This document shows positions 57,079-64,000 of a stretch of DNA of 64,000 nucleotides, piece by piece. The notes below the pieces were generated by a model that was not told where the DNA came from, ran no database searches, and saw only the letters and a program-made list of their open reading frames with translations. Where the stretch lies: positions 4,128,001-4,192,000 of the forward strand of contig OZ220741.1 of assembly GCA_965116885.1 (NCBI GenBank), read 5' to 3'. This DNA comes from Candidatus Latescibacterota bacterium. Its GTDB lineage: Bacteria > Latescibacterota > UBA2968. The translations under genes were made by a program, and so were the position numbers. Within the stretch, counting starts at the first letter, position 1. The number at the start of each line of letters is the position of its first letter.

Positions 57079-59358
57079 ATGAATCACTTACCAGGAAAAC
57101 CATTGATCGAAAAACTCCCGCCATCTGTGGCAAAGAAGCTAAGTGCTGCAAAGCCCAATGGCGAGACTGTGCTGATGCAGGTAGCAACGGATCTGGACGA
57201 GTCCCTGAATTACAACCCGCAGTGGGTGGTGGTGACTGATCAACAGGTTCTGGTAATTCCCGAATTGGGTGTGGATGGCACGCAGTCGATGGCGATCGGC
57301 GATGTGGAAGACGTGAAAGTAGAGGAACGCGTGGGGTTGGGTGCCCTGGCGTTGACGCACAAAGCAGGACCTGGAATGCAGGTCCCCTATTCCCCATCTC
57401 TCACTGCTGTGTTTGCCGAAGTAGCCGATGGGATTCGGCAGTTGAAGGATAATGAGTCACTAACATTGCCCACAGAATTAGAACAGACCCACTGCGAACA
57501 CTGTGGGCGTCGGTTGCCCGAAAAAAATGGGGTGTGTGCTGCGTGTTTGAAAAAGTGGCAGACGTTTCGACGCATTGTGGGTTATATGGCCGCTTATCCC
57601 GTGCGCCTGGTTACAACCATTGCCCTGACGTTTGTCAGTGCTTTATTGACTCTGTTGCCGCCCAAAATTACAGAGTATGTGATTGATGGTGTTTTGACAG
57701 CGGGTTGGGACGCAGTTGCCATTCCACTAATCGAATCAACAGATCGCCTTAATCGATTGGGGCTGTTGATCTTAGGGCTTATTATTGTACGGCTGTTGAT
57801 CTGGAGTGCCGATGTGGCAATGGCGGCACTGAGTCGATCGTTGGGATTGCGTGCTATTGGCGATTTGCGAGAAGATCTCTATCGCGCGTTTCAACTGGTA
57901 CCCATTCGTTTTTACGATCGGCGGAAGGTGGGGGCACTGACGTCTCGCATGCACAATGATACAGACCGCATGGAAGGGATTATGGTGTATGATTTTTATT
58001 TTGTATTTTCCAACAGCCTGTTATTTGTCGGTATTCTGGGTTTTCTGTTGTGGATGAACTGGAAGCTTACGCTGTTTGTCGTGGCCCCCATTCCGCTGAT
58101 TTTGCTCGCTGGCACAAAGATATGGTACCGCATCATGACATTCTGGACGCAGTGGTCGGGCAAGTGGGGCAGACTATCGGCACAGTTGAATGAGTCGATT
58201 CACGGTATTCGCGTTGTAAAAGCATTTGCACAGGAAGCCAAAGAGAGCGAGCGATTTGACCGGTACAACGAAGATTTGCGCGATGTGGATACCCGGGGCG
58301 AACGGGCCTGGTTTGTTTTTTGGACCGTGACAAATCTGTTTATGAACGTGGGGGTGTTTTTTGTATGGTATTTTGGTGGGTGGCAGATTCTGGACGGAGA
58401 ATTGACGCTGGGTGCGTTAATCGCATTTATGAGTTATCTCTGGATGTTGTACCAGCCGCTGCGCTGGTTTGGCGATTTTTACAGTTATATTTTACGGGCA
58501 TTTGCCGGCGCACAACGCGTGTTCGAGGTGATCGATTTTGAACCCGAACCCTACCAAAAGCCCGATGCTGTGCGCTTGCCCAAACTTGAGGGTGGTTTGA
58601 AGTTCGAGTCCGTGTTCTTTGGTTATGATCCCGGCAAACCCGTGCTCAAGGGGGTTGATCTGGAAGTGAAGGCGGGTGAGATGATTGGGCTTGTGGGCAA
58701 GTCCGGCGCTGGCAAGTCAACGCTGATTAATCTGGTGTGTCGGTTCTACGATCCCGACCGCGGGCGGCTGCTGGTGGATGGCGTGCCGATGACCGATGTG
58801 AACTTGCGCGATTTGCGATCCCAAATCGGAATGGTACATCAACAGCCCTTTTTGTTTGACGGCACGATTGCCGAAAATATCGCCTATGGCAAACCAGACG
58901 CGACCTTTGACGAGGTGATGCGCGCCGCAATCGCAGCCGAAGCACACGAGTTTATTGTCAAAAAACCCGATGGCTATGACATGCGGGTGGGAGAAAGCGG
59001 CGGGCGTCTTTCAGGTGGCGAAAAACAGCGGGTGTCTATCGCGCGGGCGATTTTGCACAACCCGCGGATTCTCATTCTCGATGAAGCGACGTCTTCGCTG
59101 GATACACCGACCGAGAAGAAGATCCAGATGGCGATTGCGCGCCTGGTTGAAGGGCGTACGACATTCGCCATAGCACACCGTTTATCAACCCTTCGCAGCG
59201 CGGATCGGCTCGTGGTTATGGATGAAGGCAATATCGCCGAAGTCGGAACGCATCAGGAGTTGATGGATCGGGAAGGTATTTTTTATCGCCTGGTCAAGAC
59301 ACAGCAAGAGACGACACTGGATATGTTTATGACTGCGGTGGGGGTAGAGTTGGAATAA
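57079..59358 (+). CDS. Paralogous ABC exporter with the same architecture
   Basis: GKSGAGKS, LSGGEKQR, LDEATS; CEHC..CAAC. Confidence 0.92.
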   Translation: MNHLPGKPLIEKLPPSVAKKLSAAKPNGETVLMQVATDLDESLNYNPQWVVVTDQQVLVIPELGVDGTQSMAIGDVEDVKVEERVGLGALALTHKAGPGMQVPYSPSLTAVFAEVADGIRQLKDNESLTLPTELEQTHCEHCGRRLPEKNGVCAACLKKWQTFRRIVGYMAAYPVRLVTTIALTFVSALLTLLPPKITEYVIDGVLTAGWDAVAIPLIESTDRLNRLGLLILGLIIVRLLIWSADVAMAALSRSLGLRAIGDLREDLYRAFQLVPIRFYDRRKVGALTSRMHNDTDRMEGIMVYDFYFVFSNSLLFVGILGFLLWMNWKLTLFVVAPIPLILLAGTKIWYRIMTFWTQWSGKWGRLSAQLNESIHGIRVVKAFAQEAKESERFDRYNEDLRDVDTRGERAWFVFWTVTNLFMNVGVFFVWYFGGWQILDGELTLGALIAFMSYLWMLYQPLRWFGDFYSYILRAFAGAQRVFEVIDFEPEPYQKPDAVRLPKLEGGLKFESVFFGYDPGKPVLKGVDLEVKAGEMIGLVGKSGAGKSTLINLVCRFYDPDRGRLLVDGVPMTDVNLRDLRSQIGMVHQQPFLFDGTIAENIAYGKPDATFDEVMRAAIAAEAHEFIVKKPDGYDMRVGESGGRLSGGEKQRVSIARAILHNPRILILDEATSSLDTPTEKKIQMAIARLVEGRTTFAIAHRLSTLRSADRLVVMDEGNIAEVGTHQELMDREGIFYRLVKTQQETTLDMFMTAVGVELE

Positions 59359-59369
59359 GAGGCGCGCCT

Positions 59370-59396
59370 GTAGGGGCAGTGCCCCTGTGCCTGCCC
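59370..59396 (+). repeat. GTAG-type REP-like palindrome
   Basis: GTAG-GGGCAGTGC..GTGCCTGCCC. Confidence 0.6.
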
Positions 59397-59426
59397 GTTT
59401 AAGAGTAATTTTGATTGGAGATTTTG

Positions 59427-59996
59427 ATGGCTACGGATATGCTGGAGATGGAAGTGGAAGAAATTGAAGAAAATACAGAGGAATGGAAGCCAATACCAAT
59501 TGAGATGGTGCATCCCGAATCGGTTGCCCCGGGTAAGATCCGTTTGTTTAAGGAGCCTCAGTGGATTTTGCGGATGACGATTGAAGGGGATCGGTCCTAT
59601 ACCCGTGTGAAAGTGGTGCGGGCAGCGCCTCTGTCAGAGCCGGATCGCTATTTTTGCATTCTGGATATCAAGGACGAAGCGATCTGCATGGTCAAAGACC
59701 TTTCCGATTTGCCAGAAGAGAGCCAGGCTCTGGTGTATGAAGAACTGGACAATCGGTATTTGACGGCGGAGATACAGAAGATCGTGGCATTGCAAAATGA
59801 ATACGGCGTGACGTACTGGACAGTCGATACAGATCGGGGCAGGCGCGATTTTGTCGCCAAGTCCGTCGCCGAAAACGCGCAGTGGCTGGGGGAGACGCGA
59901 TTGATGATTTTTGATGTGGATAACAACCGCTTTGAGGTACCCGATATACGGGCGTTGGATCGCCGCAGCCAGGGGTTGTTGGAATCGGTTGTGTGA
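59427..59996 (+). CDS. DUF1854 domain protein
   Basis: VRAAPLSEPDRY, EELDNRY, WTVDTDRGRRDF, DVDNNRF..LDRRS. Confidence 0.82.
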   Translation: MATDMLEMEVEEIEENTEEWKPIPIEMVHPESVAPGKIRLFKEPQWILRMTIEGDRSYTRVKVVRAAPLSEPDRYFCILDIKDEAICMVKDLSDLPEESQALVYEELDNRYLTAEIQKIVALQNEYGVTYWTVDTDRGRRDFVAKSVAENAQWLGETRLMIFDVDNNRFEVPDIRALDRRSQGLLESVV

Positions 59997-60015
59997 TGCG
60001 AAATTATATTTCAAT

Positions 60016-60057
60016 AAAAAGAACGCTCCGGCACAACGATGCTGGGGCGTTCTTTTT
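60016..60057. terminator. Bidirectional-type terminator
   Basis: AAAAAGAACGCTCCGGCA...TGCTGGGGCGTTCTTTTT. Confidence 0.75.
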
Positions 60058-60226
60058 GGGGTGGGGTATCCTGTTCATCCTTGCATCCTGATTATCCTGA
60101 TCCTTTTTTCTTGTATAGCCAGTCTTGAATCACTAACTTGTCGAAACACAGTGAGATATTTGCGCGTCTCACTGCAGTCCAGGCAATATCAACAAGTCAT
60201 TTTAATCCAGTTATCAGGAGGATTTT

Positions 60227-61981
60227 ATGCGCAGGAAAATAGGTCGAATTTTGGCGTGGATTGGTGGGATTACGGTTGGGCTGATAGCCCTGACCGTCTT
60301 GTCAATTGTATTGCTATCTGGTGAAGATCCCGTGCCCGATCAGGTGATTTTGGAGATCAACCTGGAGCAGGGGGTTGCGGAGTATGTACCCGAAGATCCA
60401 TTTGCAAAGTTAATCTCAGACGATGTGCGCTCGCTACGCGATGTGGTAGGTGCTTTAGACGCGGCGGCTTTAGATGACCGCGTTGTGGGATTGCTGGCCC
60501 GAGGGGGCGGAGCACCGATGGGCTTTGCACAGGCGCAAGAAATAAGAGATGCGGTTCTGGATTTTGGAAAAAGCGGAAAACCCACCGCGATTTTTGCCGA
60601 GACATTTGGCGAATTTGGATCGGGAAATGTCGGATATTATCTGGCGACAGCATTTGAGCACATCTATCTTCAGCCCTCGGGTGATGTGGGTTTGATCGGA
60701 CTGGCAATGGAGCATCCCTTTGTGAAGGGAACATTGGATTCGCTTGGGATTGGCGTGCAGATGGATCACCGGTATGAGTATAAAAATGCGATGAACCTAT
60801 ATACCGAAACCAAATTTACAGATGCGCATCGCGAGGCGAGTGAGGTACTTTTGAAGTCGATGGTCGATCAGATGGTCCTGGGGATTTCACAAGGGCGAGA
60901 TACAACGCCCGAAGCCGTGCGCGATCTCATTAACCGTGGACCTTTTTTGGCCTTATCTGCCCATGCCGAAGGCCTGGTAGATAGCCTGGCGTATTGGGAT
61001 GAGGTGCGCGACCTGGTGAAGCGCGAGCATGGCGAAGATACCAAATGGCTGGATATAAAAAATTATCTCAAGCGTATCGATGAAAAGCCTTACGGCGAAG
61101 GGACAAAGGTGGCGTTGATATACGGCGTGGGACCTGTGCTTCGCGGGAAGAGTGCCTACGATCCCTTATATGGGTCTGCTACAATGGGCGCGAGTACCCT
61201 GACCAAAGCTTTTCGCGATGCTGTGAAGGATAAGGATGTGCGTGCAATTTTGTTTCGAATAGACTCTCCCGGTGGGTCTTACGTTGCTTCTGACGCGATC
61301 TGGCGCGAGGTTGCCAAAGCTAAGAAGGCGGACAAACCCGTAGTTGTATCAATGGGTAATGTGGCCGGTTCTGGGGGATATTTTGTGGCGATGAATGCCG
61401 ATAAAATTGTGGCGCAACCCGGTAGCATCACGGGATCCATTGGGGTATTAGCGGGAAAATTTGTGACAACTGAGTTTTGGGAACGTCTGGGCATAACCTG
61501 GGATACGGCGCAAGTCGGTGAAAATGCGCTGATATGGGGCTCGGGTACAGAATTTACACCCGAACAATGGGCGAGATTTCAGACGTGGTTGGACCGCATT
61601 TACGAAGATTTTACGGCAAAAGTTGCGGAGGGACGCGATATGTCACAGGCTGATGTCCATGCCGTGGCAAAGGGACGAATCTGGACTGGGAAGGATGCCA
61701 AAGCGCATGGCCTGGTCGATGAATTGGGCGGCATGAAGACTGCAATGAGTCTGGTTCGGGAGACATTGGAATTAGACGCTGATGCATCTCTCAACCTCGT
61801 GGTATTTCCCAAAGAAAAGACGCTGATAGAACAGGTGATGGAAAAAGGACTGATCCGCATGCTGAGCAATGACGATGCATTGGTGAGACTCACCACAGAG
61901 TTGCAACCCGTTTTTCGCTTTGTGCATACAGTGAGGCAGCCGCGACAGGTTTTGGAGATGGCGCCTATGAATATCCGGTAA
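60227..61981 (+). CDS. sppA: Signal peptide peptidase SppA (protease IV, long form)
   Basis: RIDSPGGS, SMGNVAGSGGY, ITGSIGV, GRIWTG, GLVDELGG. Confidence 0.95.
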   Translation: MRRKIGRILAWIGGITVGLIALTVLSIVLLSGEDPVPDQVILEINLEQGVAEYVPEDPFAKLISDDVRSLRDVVGALDAAALDDRVVGLLARGGGAPMGFAQAQEIRDAVLDFGKSGKPTAIFAETFGEFGSGNVGYYLATAFEHIYLQPSGDVGLIGLAMEHPFVKGTLDSLGIGVQMDHRYEYKNAMNLYTETKFTDAHREASEVLLKSMVDQMVLGISQGRDTTPEAVRDLINRGPFLALSAHAEGLVDSLAYWDEVRDLVKREHGEDTKWLDIKNYLKRIDEKPYGEGTKVALIYGVGPVLRGKSAYDPLYGSATMGASTLTKAFRDAVKDKDVRAILFRIDSPGGSYVASDAIWREVAKAKKADKPVVVSMGNVAGSGGYFVAMNADKIVAQPGSITGSIGVLAGKFVTTEFWERLGITWDTAQVGENALIWGSGTEFTPEQWARFQTWLDRIYEDFTAKVAEGRDMSQADVHAVAKGRIWTGKDAKAHGLVDELGGMKTAMSLVRETLELDADASLNLVVFPKEKTLIEQVMEKGLIRMLSNDDALVRLTTELQPVFRFVHTVRQPRQVLEMAPMNIR

Positions 61982-61995
61982 TAAGGGAGGGCATT

Positions 61996-62748
61996 ATGAT
62001 TACTGCAGATTTTGAAGCGTATTTGACAGATGATTGGTATGGGCAGCAGATAACGGTTGACGCTTTGCTGGAATGTGAAGCCGAAGCTGGATTTGAGATG
62101 GCGGTGGTCATGCCGCAGACCAGGCCTCTTCCAGATAATGATGGGTTGCTCGACAAGACAGCGGGACATTCCCAGCTTTTGCCCTGTCCGCTCGTTGATC
62201 CGCATTGGGACGAAGAAGGAATTGCAGCATTGAAGGATTATGTAGATCGCGGTGCTCAGGGCGTGAAGTTGATGGGTGCTATTCACAAATACAATGTGGA
62301 TGATTCCATGGTCATTCCGTTTGTTGAGACGGCGCGCGATCTGGGGATTGTGGTGTCAATTCATTCTGGGCGCGACAATTGCAGTGCCGAGCGCATTGGC
62401 AATGTGGCGCGACAAGTGCCCGGTGTGCCCATTATTATGGACCACATGGGCTTTCCAGATGGATTTGACACAGCGCTTGAGGTGTGTCGGGAGTGTCCCG
62501 ATGTGTATCTGGGCACAACGATTCTGCGATTTCACAAGTTGTGGGCTATTAATCCCGAAGAGACCGTGCCGCATGAGGTCAGACAGGCCGTTGAAGAATT
62601 GGGGCCTGAACGGATCGTTTTTGGGTCCAATTTACCGGAATATCGTCCGATCCAGGTCAAGCGGGCGATTCAGCGGTTGGAATTGGGCGACGAGGCGGAA
62701 GCTCTGATCTTCGGAGGGAATTTAGGGCGGATTTATGGGATTGAATGA
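61996..62748 (+). CDS. Amidohydrolase_2 family protein
   Basis: GVKL, SIHSG, IMDHMG, ERIVFGSNLP. Confidence 0.8.
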   Translation: MITADFEAYLTDDWYGQQITVDALLECEAEAGFEMAVVMPQTRPLPDNDGLLDKTAGHSQLLPCPLVDPHWDEEGIAALKDYVDRGAQGVKLMGAIHKYNVDDSMVIPFVETARDLGIVVSIHSGRDNCSAERIGNVARQVPGVPIIMDHMGFPDGFDTALEVCRECPDVYLGTTILRFHKLWAINPEETVPHEVRQAVEELGPERIVFGSNLPEYRPIQVKRAIQRLELGDEAEALIFGGNLGRIYGIE

Positions 62749-62760
62749 AGTGTGAAGTGT

Positions 62761-62797
62761 AAAAAAAAAGGGCGGCCTGTGGGTACGCCCTTTTTTT
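62761..62797. terminator. Bidirectional-type terminator
   Basis: A9-GGGCG...CGCCC-T7. Confidence 0.7.
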
Positions 62798-62967
62798 ATT
62801 TTACCTTTTATTTGTATGTATCGGTGGTCATTGGTGGTTTTTTTCTGATTTTCCTTGATTTTTTTTCATAAACTTGTTTAAATCTTTGATTTTCATCTGC
62901 GTTTATCTGCGTTTATCTGCGGATAAACAGATTTTGATTTTTTTACTTACAGGAGGTTAATTTCAGA

Positions 62968-63912
62968 ATGATTCGAGTTGAGAATTTGGAGAAGTACTAC
63001 GGCGACATTCATGCACTTAAGGGCATTGATTTTGAAATTGACGACGGGGAAATCGTCGGGTTCCTGGGAGCAAATGGCGCGGGTAAATCTACGACATTAA
63101 AAATTATGACGGGCTTTTTAGCCCCCAGTGCCGGTAATGTCTTTATAGACGACCTGAATATTCAGGACCATTCGCTGGACATTCGCGAGCAAATCGGCTA
63201 TTTGCCCGAAATGAATCCCCTGTACGGAGAAATGCGAGTGTATGACTATCTCGAGTTTATATCTCAAGTTCGCGGTATAGACGCAGGAGAGTTCAAACCG
63301 GCTTTGGATCGCGTGGTCGAACAATGTGGTTTGCGCGATGTGATTCATCTGCCCATTTCTGCGTGCTCAAAGGGTTATAAACAGCGCGTCGGGCTGTCTG
63401 CCGCGATTCTGCACGATCCCAAGGTGTTGATCTTTGACGAGCCGGTTTCCGGGCTGGATCCCAACCAGATTGTGGAGATTCGGAATCTGATCCGAGAATT
63501 GGGCCAGCAGAAGATGGTGATTATATCCAGCCATATTTTGCAAGAGATTGAAGCCACTGTGGATCGCATTGTGATTATTGATCACGGCGAAATTGTGGCC
63601 AATGGGACGAGTCAAGAATTGATGGCGGGATTTATGGGGCGCACGCAACTGACGCTCGATGTAAAATACGCCAATGAAGAGAGTCTCGCCGCGTTGCCCA
63701 ACAGCGTTGATGAGGTCGAAGTAGCAAATATAGAGATGGTAGATGGACGCAGTATTTTGTCGATAGAATACGCCCGTGAGGTAGATCCCCGAGAGGCGAT
63801 TTTTGATTATGCCAAAAACAGTGGCTGGGCCATTTTGGAGATGACGCAAAATCAAGTTCTCCTCGAAGATGTGTTCCGCGGATTGACAGGAGAAGGAGGG
63901 AGCGATGAATAA
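62968..63912 (+). CDS. ABC-2 ATP-binding protein (GldA-like)
   Basis: GANGAGKST, SKGYKQRVG, DEPVSGLDPNQ. Confidence 0.92.
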   Translation: MIRVENLEKYYGDIHALKGIDFEIDDGEIVGFLGANGAGKSTTLKIMTGFLAPSAGNVFIDDLNIQDHSLDIREQIGYLPEMNPLYGEMRVYDYLEFISQVRGIDAGEFKPALDRVVEQCGLRDVIHLPISACSKGYKQRVGLSAAILHDPKVLIFDEPVSGLDPNQIVEIRNLIRELGQQKMVIISSHILQEIEATVDRIVIIDHGEIVANGTSQELMAGFMGRTQLTLDVKYANEESLAALPNSVDEVEVANIEMVDGRSILSIEYAREVDPREAIFDYAKNSGWAILEMTQNQVLLEDVFRGLTGEGGSDE

Positions 63913-64000
63913 TGTGATGGCGATTTATCGCAAAGAAGTCGGCGCGTATTTCAAGAGTCCTATGGCGTATATTTTCCTGGTGTTTTTCGCCATGTTTAAC
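63905..64000 (+). CDS. ABC-2 permease (GldF-like), truncated by the window edge
   Basis: MNNVMAIYRKEVGAYFKSPMAYIFLVFF, overlapping the ATPase stop. Confidence 0.8.
   Translation, partial: MNNVMAIYRKEVGAYFKSPMAYIFLVFFAMFN

Noticed and set aside
1..64000. CRISPR array or cas genes
   Set aside because: No regularly spaced repeats with unique spacers; the short repeats are dispersed or microsatellite-like

Overview
Bacterial (diderm) chromosomal window, background roughly 50-55% GC by eye. It is mostly core and metabolic genes: two xanthine-dehydrogenase-family molybdoenzyme operons (one Tat-exported and linked to a cytochrome b), a phnX/Fe-ADH phosphonate pair, a sulfatase-like enzyme, udg, hpt, mutL-miaA-tRNA-Gly, metH, pyk, tamAB-like genes, a PPTase, a tandem ABC pair with DUF1854, and sppA. 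A visibly more AT-rich island (~30.8-43.0 kb) follows metH. It encodes a 1556-aa sacsin-like ATPase with a C-terminal nuclease, and an XRE-HTH + ImmA/IrrE peptidase pair (CapH/CapP-like) divergent from a TIR-caspase-TIR operon (type IV Thoeris-like). It also holds an IS3 element, a SLATT-like 2TM gene and several orphan or decayed antitoxin genes; two decayed copies of one antitoxin gene bracket the regulator+TIR-caspase-TIR module. Other oddities: MutL with a systematically eroded endonuclease motif, a sulfatase-like protein with Thr at the nucleophile position, a cytochrome b gene split at a slippery A8 run, two candidate structured RNAs and dispersed REP-like repeats. All family calls come from motif recognition by eye; no database search was run.
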